Shown here: in pieces, positions 1 through 13,160 of the stretch
How the letters are laid out: each line of letters starts with the position of its first letter
How positions within the stretch are numbered: position 1 is the first letter of the stretch
DNA from: Eledone cirrhosa
Lineage: Eukaryota
Length of the DNA stretch: 64,000 nt
Assembly: GCA_964016885.1 (NCBI GenBank)
Contig: OZ024744.1
Location: 92,132,001-92,196,000 of the forward strand
Reading direction: 5' to 3'
Notes under the pieces: generated by a model
What the model was told of the DNA's origin: nothing
Databases searched by the model: none
The model's input: the letters and a program-made list of their open reading frames with translations, nothing else
Translations under genes and position numbers: made by a program

Positions 1-2035
1 GTTAGTCAAAGGTAGTATAATAAGTAAGGCAATCAAAGATATGAAGACGGGTAAGGCAGCTGGGCCTTCGGAAATAGTGGCTGAAATGCTGAAAGCATCT
101 GGAACGGTGGGACACACTATGGTCACCCGGATAGTAAACCAAGTCATACAGAATGGGGTCGTTCCGAAGGACTGGCGTAGCAGCATCATCATTAACTGTT
201 ACAAGGGTAAAGTGATGCCCTAGATAGGGGGAACTATAAAGGCATTAAATTAATTGACCAGGTCATGAAGGTCTCAGAAAAAGTAATAGCGCAACTAATC
301 AGAGAGCGAATTGATCTAGATAAAATGCAGTTCGGGTTTGTGTCAGGTAAAAGTACCACAGTCGCTCTTTTCATTGTACGACAACTACAGGAGAAGTACC
401 TAGCTAAAAGTAAACCCCTATATTTAGCTTTTGTTGACTTGGAGAAAGCCTTTGACAGAGTCCCCCGCTCCATTATCTGGTGAGCTCTTAGAAAACTAGG
501 TGTTGATGAATGGCTTGTGAGAGCTATACAAGCCATGTATAAAGAAACAGTCAGCAAAGTTAGAATTAACAACGAATATAGTGAAGAGTTTAGCGTAAAA
601 GTTGGTGTTCATCAGGGCTCCGTTCTCAGCCCCCTACTATTTATTATTGCCCTTCAGGCTATAACAGAGGAGTTCAAGACCGGCTGTCCATGGGAACTCC
701 GATACGCAGATGATCTAACGCTCATAGCTGAATCAATGGCTGAACTAGAGAAGAAATTCCAAACCTGGAAGCATGGCCTAGAATCAAAAGGCCTTAAAAT
801 TAACCTGTCTAAGACTAAAGTTCTAGTTTGTAGGAAGGAAAATAGGGCACTCATCCCATCTGGGAAATGGCCATGCTCAGTGTGTAGGAAAGGAGTAGGC
901 AGAAACTCCATTTTATGTCCCAAATGCAAAGTATGGGTGCATAAAAGATGTAGTGGGATCACAGGTAAGCTAACTAAGAATATAGATTTTATATGTGGCC
1001 GGTGCTCTGGTGCAATAAGTAGCAGCAAGTGCCCGCAGAAAACTAGCTCATTCCATTGCACAGATGGTTCTATAGAAATAGTGGACACCTTCCGTTACCT
1101 GGGTGACAAAATCAGCAGTGATGGAGGGTGCTCTGAAAGTACAGTAGCTAGAGTCAGAACGGGATGGAAAAAGTTCAGAGAGCTTATACCACTATTGGTC
1201 GCTAAAGGGTTCTCTCTAAAAATGAAAGGCAGGTTGTATGATGCCTGCATACGAACAGCAATGTTACATGGCAGTGAGACTTGGGCATTGTGTGCAGAGG
1301 ATATACGCAGACTGGAGAGGACCGAAGCTTGCATGCTCCGCTGGATGTGTAATAGTAATATACGTGAACGGCAAAGCATAAATGAACTAAGGGAGAAATT
1401 AGGAATAAGAGGGATCAGATGTGGTTTACTCGAGAGAAGACTATGTTGGTATGGTCCCGTGATGCGCATGAAAGACGACAGCTGTATAACAAAGTGCAGG
1501 GCGATAAAAATAGACGGTAGCCACGGAGTAGGCAGACCCATAAAAACCTGGGACGACTTGATAAATTCCGACCTCACACACTTACACCTCTCCAAGACAA
1601 TATCACTGGACCGAGATCTTTGGCGCTACACAGTAATACAGAAGACCCACCTTGCCTAAGTACAAAGCGAAACCTACAGTCAGTAGGCACCTCTTAACAA
1701 AAATACACCCCATTCCACTATCCCCACCCCATCCACACCACCCCTTTCGATGTAAAGTTAAAGTTAGTACCACAACATCCAGTTCGAAATAAATGAGGTC
1801 GTGTAGGTGTCACGACAAAAAAAAACACACAGTCCACACTGTAATGTGGCCGTGTATGTAACACGGTAAAAACCTCCAAGTCCACACTGTAAACGTGGTT
1901 GGTGTTAGGAAGGGCATCCAGCCGTAGAAAACCCGCCAGACAGTCCTATACGAGGAAGACAACCAATCTTGCCTCAAGTGGGAAAATGCTAGCGTGGAAG
2001 ATGGACGTTAAACGATGATGATGATGATGATGATA
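1..2035 (+). mobile_element. RTE-clade LINE (5' cut by window edge), RT with PHD-like finger, 3' UTR and (GAT)n tail
   Basis: ORFs 41-223, 265-483, 517-1659 give KAAGPS, QFGF..GKST, FVDLEKAFD, GVHQGSVLSP, YADD, CSVC..C..C..WVH..C..C..C, LHGSETW, GRPxKTW; frameshift near 220 and stop at 481-483; ends ggacgttaaac(gat)n. Confidence 0.95.
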
Positions 2036-2447
2036 ATATATATATCCCAAGCGTGAAATTAATACACTTAATTTTATTGATATATATGAATCCTTGTTCC
2101 TTATCCTTATAGTATATATATTATATATATACCATATATATATCTCCCAAGCGTGAAATTAATACACTTAATTTTATTGCATCCTTTCGTTCGTTCATTT
2201 CATGTTTCGTTGATTTACGTATACATATACATACATACGTATACACACCACACACACACACGTATCTATATATATATATATATATATATTAGTCTTCAAA
2301 TTTATTATTATTACTATTATTATTACTATATATATATATATATATATATTGTAATAATAATAGTAATAATAATAAATTTGAAGACTAAAATTCAAAGAGG
2401 GGTCGATAAGGATAAATATATATCAAATATAAAAGAACCGCAGAGCA

Positions 2448-2570
<123 letters not shown>

Positions 2571-2737
2571 TATATGTGTGTGTGTGTGTAGGAGGTGAGT
2601 TTTATTGTAGTACAATAAAGCAATGCAAATATCGGATAAGTAGCACTCTACAGTTTGTAGGACTGGAGTATAAATAATATAAGATCAAAAGATGGTTAAA
2701 AGAGTTCTCTTTTAACCATCTTTTGATTTTATATTAG

Positions 2738-2917
2738 GGTGGATTGGCAGTATCGGTAGCGAGTCGGACGCCATGCTTTCCAGTATAGTTACGTCCCTTT
2801 ACGGTCTGAGTTCAAATCCCGCCGAGGTTTACTTTGCCTTTCATCCTTACGGAGTCGATAAAAGAAAGTACCAGTAATGCACTGGGTACTTGCTGGCCTT
2901 GTGCCTAAAGTAGAAAC

Positions 2918-2922
<5 letters not shown>
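2738..2922 (+). mobile_element. tRNA-derived SINE, family A (octopus OK-like)
   Basis: A-box-like ttggcagtatcggtag, B-box gagttcaaatcc, body gtcgataaaa..aagtaccagta, end agtagaaacaattat; about 20 copies in window. Confidence 0.85.
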
Positions 2923-2966
<44 letters not shown>

Positions 2967-3035
2967 CATATATATATATGTATATATAATATATATATAT
3001 GTATGTATATATAATATACATTATTAAGTCAACGA

Positions 3036-3212
3036 CGGTGGATTGGCAGAGGGTCGGACGCCATGCTTTGACGCATAGAGTTACGGTCCTTTATGATCTG
3101 AGTTCAAATCCCGCCGAGGTTAACTTTGCCTTTCATCCTTACGGGGTCGATAAAATAAAGTACCAGTAATGTACTGCGTAATTGCTGGCCTTGTGCCAAA
3201 AGTAGAAAAAAT
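3036..3212 (+). mobile_element. SINE family A copy
   Basis: Same body as 2738-2922. Confidence 0.85.
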
Positions 3213-3334
3213 TATTAAGTCAACGACCTTTCATGCTCAATGTTCTTCGAACTATTCGTCTCTAATGTAAAAAGATTTTCTCTCCTTGCTGCACCAAATT
3301 TATTTTTTACACTCTCCCCACCTCCGCCTCTTAG

Positions 3335-3396
<62 letters not shown>

Positions 3397-3627
3397 TGTC
3401 TGTCTATATGTGTGTGTGTGTGTGCGCGCGTGTGTTTGTGTGTGTGTGTATGTATATACATATACATGTATATATATATATGCATATATATGTATATCTA
3501 TATATGTATTTACATACATATATATATATAAATGAAGTAATTCCGTCGGAAAGGTACAGGAAAAAAGAGTGCTCTATGTAGGTTACAGCGCTTATTAGTT
3601 ATGTAATAAACAACATAAGATAATTAT

Positions 3628-3685
3628 TTCATTTACCAGTGGTTTCTTGAAAGCAGATAAATCTGCTTTCAGTCGTCAGAATGAA
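3628..3685 (-). ncRNA. Type I hammerhead ribozyme motif
   Basis: Minus strand: ttcatt-CTGACGA-c tgaaagcaga ttta tctgctttca a-GAAA-cca c tgg-TA-aatgaa; 6-bp stem I, 10-bp stem II (first pair C.A), GUA cleavage triplet. Confidence 0.8.
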
Positions 3686-3806
3686 TAGAACATGGTGTAT
3701 TTATTAAATACGCTTATGTGACAGCTTTTGTCTACGTACTTTTTAAGTATATGCGCGTGGTTGAGTGTGTGTATGTTTGTTTATTTATTTATTTTATATA
3801 TATGTG

Positions 3807-4381
<575 letters not shown>

Positions 4382-4499
4382 TATATATATATATATATAT
4401 ATATTCCCTTTCTTTTTCGCCCGTTGTTTCCTCAGCCTCATTTTCATATTTCTTATATTTTGTTTTCAAATCCACATTTAATAAAAACAGCATGTTTTA

Positions 4500-4533
4500 T
4501 TCATTCTGACGACTGAAACCACTGGTAAATGAA
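4500..4533 (+). ncRNA. HHR motif with stem II deleted (inverted partner of 3628-3685)
   Basis: ttcatt CTGACGA ct GAAA ccactgg TA aatgaa; 4477-4565 is the reverse complement of ~3597-3710. Confidence 0.65.
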
Positions 4534-4559
4534 ATAATTATCTTATGTTGTTTATTACA

Positions 4560-4630
<71 letters not shown>

Positions 4631-4635
4631 TATGT

Positions 4636-5076
4636 ATTTACGATATTAAATAAATGGAAACTATATTTATAAAACCATATTTATTTCATTATATATATTT
4701 CAGGGATATCATATTAAAAATATGTTATGCCTTCTTCAGACAAAATACAATATAAACAGTCTTATAAATAGATCTGACATACCTTTCAACTTCGACTTCT
4801 ATTTGAAAATCAACTTTTCAAATAGAAGTCGAAGTTGAAAGGTATGTCGAATCTATCTATTTATAAGACTGTTTATATTGTATTTTGTCTGAAGAAGGCA
4901 TAACATATTTTTAATATGATATCCCTGAAATATATATAATGAAATAAATATGGTTTTATAAATATAGTTTCCATTTATTTAATATCGTAAATATACTCCA
5001 AATACTTGTTGAGTGCTTTTATATCAGTTATAAATATTTACTCGTTGTTAACCCAACAATTTAAATAAAACTTTGC
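4636..5076. mobile_element. Palindromic mini-element with two opposed HHR motifs
   Basis: Near-perfect palindrome ~4636-4993 centred ~4810; HHR motifs 4682-4747(-) and 4881-4946(+) with CTGAAGA core and GAAA TATATA TA. Confidence 0.75.
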
Positions 5077-5153
5077 ATATATGTATATATATATATATGT
5101 ATATATATATGTATATGTGTGTGTATATGTATATGTGTGTGTATATGTATATG

Positions 5154-5292
<139 letters not shown>

Positions 5293-5354
5293 GTATATAT
5301 ATATATGTATATGTATATATATATATGTATATGTATATGTATATATATATGTAT

Positions 5355-5387
<33 letters not shown>

Positions 5388-5389
5388 CA

Positions 5390-5458
<69 letters not shown>

Positions 5459-5647
5459 TGCATATGTGTGTATTATATATTGTTGAAATAATATCTGTTT
5501 GAACTAAGATTTCCAGTATGAACTAACTACAAATTGTAGATTAAGATACATTTAAAAAAATATATATATACTTTATTTTATTTTATTTCATTTTATTTTA
5601 TTTCTTCTTCTTGGCCCACTTATTCTTTATTTATTTATTTATTTATT

Positions 5648-5682
<35 letters not shown>

Positions 5683-5971
5683 TTCATTTATTTATTTGTT
5701 TTATTTATTTTATTTATATATTTTATTTATATATTTTATTTTATTTCATATTTTTTATTTACCTATTTTATTTTATACATTTTATTTATTTTATTGATTT
5801 ATTAGTTTATTTTATTTCTTTCTTTATTTACTTATTTGTTTATTTGTTTGTTTGTTTGTTTATTTGTTTGTTCATTTGTTCGTTTCTTTACTTTATTTTC
5901 ATAACGTACGCCTCTGGCTACTTTGAAAGTTACTTAAAAATTAGGAGACGGGAAGAAGCTACTATCCATCC

Positions 5972-6065
<94 letters not shown>

Positions 6066-6067
<2 letters not shown>

Positions 6068-6515
6068 GTGGCTAATAAAGAAATATATCTATCTATCAAT
6101 CTATCTATTGGAGAAAATCGACTAACTTTTTTAATTGCATTTGTGATAACATTTTACACGTTTTTATTGTATGTAAACTTCCCCCTTTGTATTTGTCCCC
6201 TTTTTTGTGCCCCTGTGGCTAATAAAGAAACATATCTATCTGCCTTCTCTCTATGTCAGCCTGTAGGTTGAGGAAAAGGAAGAGGAGAGGAAAGGAGTAC
6301 AAACTCTTCGTACTCCTGGAGAACTGAGGGTTGCACATTTTTTCGGGGGTATGTGTTACCCACATGAACTGTCTCCCCCTATTGGGGAAAATCGACTAAT
6401 TTTTAAATTGCATTTGTGATAATATTTTACACGTTTTTATTGTATGTAAACTTCCCCCTTTGTATTTGTCCCCTTATTTTGTGCCCCTGTGGCTAATAAA
6501 GAAACATATTTATCT
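6066..6515 (+). mobile_element. Stacked 3' ends of a Tx1/L1-like LINE in (TATC)n
   Basis: Three copies of tgtggctaataaagaaa..tatcta (ending ~6090, ~6240, ~6515); two carry the 3' UTR also seen at 61190-61430. Confidence 0.75.
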
Positions 6516-6532
6516 ATCTCTCTGTCTGTCTC

Positions 6533-8012
6533 CCTGGCGTCCACGAAGCGGTCTACTGCAACTGGCAGCAGAACGGGAGGATTCCCAGTTCTGTAGGCGG
6601 AGGCGTAGTAACGCTGATCAGGAACAAGGGGGATGAGATAAGCAATTTCAGGCCCATAACTCTGCTCAACACAGAGTTAAAGATTTTGGCCAAGTGTTAG
6701 CAACGAGACTGGCGCTTGTCGTCGAAAACCTGTTGGGCAGAGTGCAAACTCTCTTTGAAAGGTCGAGCGGAGGTGGCGAACACTTACATAGCGCCCGTCA
6801 TCTACTACCGCTTGACAGTCGTGCCTTGTCCCCGCGAATACCTTACCAAAATGGAACGCCTACTCTTCAAGTTCCTCTGGAAGAAACAGGCTCCATTGGT
6901 GAGGAGATCCATCTGCTATCAACACCCTTCTAACGGAGGGCTGGGCATGCCGTGGCTGATGATTCGCAAACACGTGCTGGGGGTGCGCCATCTCCAGGTA
7001 TTCCTGACGGGTGAACCGGTGTGGCTGTCGTTTGTGAGACAAGCTCTTCCACAACTCGTCTCACTAACAGAGACCTGGGTCAAGCGAAAATGGAAGTCTG
7101 GCATCTCGAGTGCCTTCAGGCGCTCACAGCCCTCTACCAAACGGAAACGGCAATCAGTGGAGACTCCACTTTGACATTCTATATGGGATTAGTGGAGGAT
7201 AAGTGCGACGACGTTCTCGGGGAAACTAGGCATCGAGGAGGACGAACTGACCAGTCTGTTCGGGAGGACTTTCCGTCCAGGGCCTGGCAGTGCTACCGAG
7301 GAGCTCTACCAGTTCGAGACAAAATCTACAGGCACGGAGATCCTGCCAAAAGGACCTGTCCAAGATGCGAGCAGGACATCGAAACCGTTCCTAACGCAAT
7401 TGTTCAGTGCCCAGGGGTGACCGGCCTGTGGAATTATGTCGAACAGCTACTGTCACGTGTGGGACGCATCCAGTTGTCAGCCGAGTCCATCATGAGGATC
7501 AACCCGCCGCCTTCATTTAAGAATGAAGGAGAGGCGGTTTTCCTCTGTCTGGTGGCTATGGCGAAAGAGGTAATATGGTGGACGAGGTTAAAAGGACTGA
7601 GGGCAAACACCTTTCTCTCCAGACAACAACTTATCCCCTTCTTTAAGTACCACTCCAGAAAGAAGATGAGAGTGGAGAGAGAGGTGCTACACCCCAGTAA
7701 ATTCGCTGAAAAGTGGGTGAATGTGGCAAAAATGGCCCGGGTGAATGGGCCTTCTCTGTATATAAACCTGTAGGTTGAGGAAGATAAACAGAGGGAAGAC
7801 AGGAACACCTACAAAACATGCTCCTGGTGTTGAGGGCTGTTCTATCCACGGGGTGTAAAACAACCCTGCAGTAACGTTCCCCCCTACTGGGGATTTCAAT
7901 TGTTATTTTATTATATATAGTTTATTGTTATTTATTAATGTTAAAGTTATATGTTTTTATGTAAAAAAACCCATTTTTGTACGCCCCTGTGGCAAATAAA
8001 GAAAAATATCTA
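6533..8012 (+). mobile_element. Tx1/L1-clade LINE fragment (internally deleted RT, zf-RVT C-terminus, 3' UTR)
   Basis: NFRPITLLNTELKILAK at ~6643-6693, LSLKGRAEVAN, GGLGMP, ALPVRDK..CPRC..ET..C in ORFs 6716-7174 and 7021-7773; aataaa then tatc/(ttc)n. Confidence 0.85.
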
Positions 8013-8332
8013 TCTTCTTCTTCTTCTTCTTCTTCTTCTTCTTCTTCTTCTTCTTCTTCTTCTTCTTCTTCTTCTTCTTCTTCTATTTCTCGCACTTATT
8101 CCTAAGAGGGTTGTGGGGGTAGAGTCCTTAAACACTCCTTTCAGCAGGTCCTGTCAGAAGCAACTGTCTGCAATTGATCCAACTGGATCCCCAAGCGAAA
8201 CCAGCCAAGCTCATGGTAGTTATCCAACCATCTTGCTCTGGGTCTCTTGTCGGTTGGTTTTTGTCTGTTTTATTTAAAAACTAAGTATTAATAGAATTAG
8301 GATTTAGCTTCAGGCATATTTGTATACAGACA

Positions 8333-8815
8333 TGTATTGAAATTTCGTATTTCTAAAGAAATACGATATGTTTATAGATAAATATTTAGAAAGCCGAAGC
8401 TATGCAAAACACCGGGGTTATCGCCCTCTGGCGGTCTCCAGTAGAAGCAAGGGGGACAATCGTCGATGCATTTCAAACTTAACTGGTTCTCATTGGGACG
8501 ATCCCTCCCACTCTTGCGACTGCTGGACTTGAAAACAGTCGAGAATATATAGTTTTCTCGTCTGTGTAAATGAGGTGATTAATCTCATTTGCATATGAAG
8601 CTGCATGTCCAGCAGTCGCAAGAGTGTGTGTGTGTGTGTGGGGGTTGTCCTGATGAGTACCAGTTCAGTTCGAAATGCATTGACGATTGTCTCCCTTGCT
8701 TCTGCTGGACACCACCAGGTGGCGATAGCCGCCGGTGTTTTGAATAGCTACGGCTTTCTAAATGTTTATCAATAAACATAGCGTATTTCTTTAGAAATAC
8801 GAAATTTCAATACAT
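8333..8815. mobile_element. Foldback/MITE-like element with ~190-bp imperfect terminal inverted repeats
   Basis: atgtattgaaatttcgtatttctaaagaaatacg at 8333 mirrored by cgtatttctttagaaatacgaaatttcaatacat ending ~8815. Confidence 0.75.
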
Positions 8816-8934
8816 AAAAATTAATACTTTTAGGCCAATCAGAAAATAATATAAAGAAATTGAAAAGTTATAAAGTTTGTTAACTCAAGAATATTTGGTT
8901 GATATTTCTAGCAGATCAAGCTAAGACACACGTA

Positions 8935-8975
8935 TATGAGGGTTGGCTGAAAAGTTCATAGGCTGATTATGAAGG
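8935..8975 (+). mobile_element. mariner left TIR fragment
   Basis: gagggttggctgaaaagttcataggct matches the reverse complement of TIRs at ~22228-22255 and ~38760-38788. Confidence 0.65.
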
Positions 8976-9411
8976 TTGCCTACATTAATTTCAACTCCTT
9001 TTATTATTTAATGGTTTAGTAGAAAATATCTAAAAACACGTTTGTTAATTCAAATGTTTACAGCATCTATACTAGTGGACAGATTGTTGTGATGGTTTGT
9101 AGTATTAGGGTAAAAACATTAATATTTAATATTATGCAGTCATAGTGCAGTTTTATACTTTCTAAATATGTCTTGCTAATGTGGTTCCATGTGGTTTATT
9201 AATTCAAAAATTTTCAGTAAATTAAAGTAAAGAAAATTTGCAGTATTAGAGTAAAGACATTTATTTTTAATGTGATACCATCATAATCCTGTTTTGCAGG
9301 CATGTCAAACTGAGGGTGTCCCTAGGGCCACATAGGTCACATATGTGTTGTCAGAGGGCCACAAATGACAACTAATTGCGCACATTACAACTAATTTTTT
9401 AAAATTTTATA

Positions 9412-10359
9412 CTAGCCGAATTACCCGCGCCTTGCTGCGTTTCACACATTTTGTAAGAAAATGATGATTGATTTTAAATCAGTGATATAATTTATTGAGA
9501 AAAACTCTGCTTTTCAATATTACTCAATGTAAAATGTAATGCATGAAAAATTGGAAAACATTATTTTTTGTAATATATCAAATCAAAATTACATTATTAA
9601 ATCTTATTCTTATTTTGTTTCTTGTAAATAATTTTTTTCAAAATATCAATTCAAAACGTTTGTGAATAGGCATCATATCTTGTCATTTACCTATGGTTTA
9701 AATTTCATATAAATCGAAGGGAAACAATTTTCAGCGGGGGTTTGTGTCCCCCGGGAACCCTAATAGGGGGTTGAACCCCCTATTAGGGTGTCTTAATATT
9801 ATTGAAATTTGCTGGAATTTTGTGAATAGGCATCATATCTTGTCATTTACCTATAGTTTAAATTTCATCTAAATCGAAGGGAAAACATTTTCAGCGGGGC
9901 TTTTGTGCCCCCGGGGAACCCTTTGATTAAAATGAAATATACTTATGCAAGTATCATGGGCAATGTAGTTTCAGAATATATATATGGTTATGGGGGTCTA
10001 TCCTCATAGGAGGAGTTCATGAAATCTTGTTCCATTTATTGGCCAACATTTTCACTATAGGGGTTTAACCCCCATTAGGGTGTCTTACTATTATTGAAAT
10101 TTGCTGAAATGTTGTGAATAGGCATCATATCTTGTCATTTACCTATGGTTTAAATTTCATATAAATCGAAGAGAAAGAATTAAGCGGGGGGTTTAAGCGG
10201 GGGTTTCAGCCCCAGGGAACCATTTGATTAAAATGAAATATACGTAAGAAATCAAATGGGCATGTGTCAAGTTTCATCAAGATCTTTTTTGTAGTTTTTA
10301 AGTTTTAGGTTCACAAACAAATCCACAAACAGACAGAAATTGCCATTTATGTATATAGA
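9412..10359 (-). mobile_element. Non-autonomous Helitron-like element
   Basis: Minus strand starts A|TC(tatatac), ends with a GC-rich imperfect hairpin and CTAG|T; three internal copies of tgtgaataggcatcatatcttgtc. Confidence 0.7.
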
Positions 10360-10446
10360 TAACTACAATGTTTCTTTCCAGCTAAACTGACATCTGACTG
10401 TTCAAAGAAGACTTCTGAAGTAACTAGTAGCGACGTTTTTTTGAAA

Positions 10447-11023
10447 ATGGACAAAATTTGGCATCGTGGTTTTATCAAGTACTTGCAGAAAAAGGGTTAA
10501 GTCTCCCACCCCACCACTAAAGACATTCATGCTGACATGGTTGCTGCATTAGGGCAGTGGTTCTCAACCTTTTTTTTGACAACGGCACACCTTGTAACAC
10601 ATGAAAAAATAGCGACACACCTGGTTAAATATATATGAAAAATAATATTTTTCTTATATATTTATTAACTGTTTCATATATAATATTTTTGTTCTTAGTC
10701 GGTGGATTGGCAGTATCGGTGGAGGGTCGGACGCCATGCTTTCCAGCATAGTTACGTCCCTTTACGATCTGAGTTCAAATCCCGCCGAGGTTGACTTTGC
10801 CTTTCATCCTTACGGGGTCGATAAAATAAAGTACCAGTAATGCACTGGGTAATTGCTGGCCTTGTGCCTAAAGTAGAAACAATATTTTTGTTCTTAGTGT
10901 GCCGTTCAAAATTTCGCGGCACACTTGGGAAGACCTCGCGGCACATCTGTGTGTCGCGGCACACCGGTTGAGAATCACTGCATTAAGGGATGACGCTCCT
11001 GCTGTATAAACAGTGCAAAAGTG
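10447..11023 (+). pseudogene. mariner transposase N-terminus, interrupted by hAT MITE
   Basis: MDKIWHRGFIKYLQKKG*..KDIHADMVAALG / DDAPAV*TVQK resembles the mariner HTH region; stops and insertion. Confidence 0.75.
10555..10980. mobile_element. hAT-type MITE containing a SINE A insertion (10700-10880)
   Basis: TIRs cagtggttctcaacc / ggttgagaatcactg; 8-bp TSD cattaggg/cattaagg; SINE has 18-bp TSD aatatttttgttcttagt. Confidence 0.85.
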
Positions 11024-11085
11024 ATCAATTCAATATATCTATTGATATAAAAGCTTTGTGTGTTTGTCCGTAACGCAGTAGAGAG

Positions 11086-12922
11086 GACTGAGGAAGGAAG
11101 GGGTGATTATGTCGACTGAGGAAGGAAGGGGTGATAACGTCGACTGAGGAAGGAAGGGGTGATTATGTCGACTGAGGAAGGAAGGGGTGATTATGTCGAC
11201 TGAGGAAGGAAGGGGTGATTATGTCTACTGAGGAAGGAAGGGGTGATTATGTAGACTGAGGAAGGAAGGGGTGATGATGTCGACTGAGGAAGGAAGGGAT
11301 GATTATGTCGACTGAGGGGGGAGGGGTGATTATGTCGACTGAGGAAGGAAGGGGTGATTATGTCGACTGAGGAAGGATGGGGTGATTATGTCGACTGAGG
11401 AAGGAAGGGGTGATAACGTCGACTGAGGAAGGAAGGGGTGATTATGTCGACTGAGGAAGGAAGGGGTGATTATGTCGACTGAGGAAGGAAGGGGTGATTA
11501 TGTCGACTGAGGAAGGAAGAGGTGATTATGTCTACTGAGGAAGGAAGGGGTGATTATGTAGACTGAGGAAGGAAGGGGTGATGATGTCGACTGAGGAAGG
11601 AAGGGATGATTATGTCGACTGAGGGGGGAGGGGTGATTATGTCGACTGAGGAAGGAAGGGGTGATTATGTCGACTGAGGAAGGATGGGGTGATTATGTCG
11701 ACTGAGGAAGGAAGGGGTGATTTCGTCGACTGAGGAAGGAAGGGGTGATTATGTCGACTGAGGAAGGAAGGGGTGATTATGTCGACTGAGGAAGGAAGGG
11801 GTGATTATGTCGACTGAGGAAGGAAGGGGTGATTTCGTCGACTGAGGAAGGAAGGGGTGATTATGTCGACTGAGGAAGGAAGGGGTGATTATGTCGACTG
11901 AGGAAGGAAGGGGTGATTATGTCGACTGAGGAAGGAAGGGGTGATTATGTCTACTGAGGAAGGAAGGGGTGATTATGTAGACTGAGGAAGGAAGGGGTGA
12001 TGATGTCGACTGAGGAAGGAAGGGATGATTATGTCGACTGAGGGGGGAGGGGTGATTATGTCGACTGAGGAAGGAAGGGGTGATTATGTCGACTGAGGAA
12101 GGATGGGGTGATTATGTCGACTGAGGAAGGAAGGGGTGATAACGTCGACTGAGGAAGGAAGGGGTGATTATGTCGACTGAGGAAGGAAGGGGTGATTATG
12201 TCGACTGAGGAAGGAAGGGGTGATTATGTCGACTGAGGAAGGAAGAGGTGATTATGTCTACTGAGGAAGGAAGGGGTGATTATGTAGACTGAGGAAGGAA
12301 GGGGTGATGATGTCGACTGAGGAAGGAAGGGATGATTATGTCGACTGAGGGGGGAGGGGTGATTATGTCGACTGAGGAAGGAAGGGGTGATTATGTCGAC
12401 TGAGGAAGGATGGGGTGATTATGTCGACTGAGGAAGGAAGGGGTGATTTCGTCGACTGAGGAAGGAAGGGGTGATTATGTCGACTGAGGAAGGAAGGGGT
12501 GATTATGTCGACTGAGGAAGGAAGGGGTGATTATGTCGACTGAGGAAGGAAGGGGTGATTTCGTCGACTGAGGAAGGAAGGGGTGATTTCGTCGACTGAG
12601 GAAGGAAAGAGGGGTGATCATATCGACTGAGGAAGGAAGGGGTGATTATGTTGATTGAGGAAGGAAGGGGTGATAACGTCGACTGAGGAAGGAAGGGGTG
12701 ATTACGTTGACTGAGGAAGGAAGGGGTGATTTCGTCGACTGAGGAAGGAAGGGGTGATTACGTTGACTGAGGAAGGAAGGGGTGGTTATGTCGACTGAGG
12801 AAGGAAGGGGTGATTATGTTGATTGAGGAAGGAAGGGGTGATAACGTCGACTGAGGAAGGAAGGGGTGATTATGTTGATTGAGGAAGGAAGGGGTGATAA
12901 CGTCGACTGAGGAAGGAAGGGT
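11086..12922 (+). repeat. 28-bp tandem repeat, ~65 copies
   Basis: Unit gactgaggaaggaaggggtgattatgtc. Confidence 0.95.
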
Positions 12923-13008
12923 GAGAAACTATAGCAGTCCAGCGTTCTAATATTTGTCACAGCTGTGTGTTTGTATGTTTGTATCACTTGTGTGAGTGAG
13001 CGCAAAGG

Positions 13009-13160
13009 AACCAACCAATCAACCAACCAACCAACCAACCAACCAACCAACCAACCAACCAACCAACCAACCAACCAACCAACCAACCAACCAACCAACC
13101 AACCAACTAACCAACCAACCAACCAACTAACCAACCAACCAACCAGCCAACCAACCAACA
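13009..13160 (+). repeat. (AACC)n microsatellite
   Basis: Direct observation. Confidence 0.95.

Noticed and set aside
2738-2830. SINE heads as tRNA genes
   Set aside because: No cloverleaf; attached to multicopy SINE bodies
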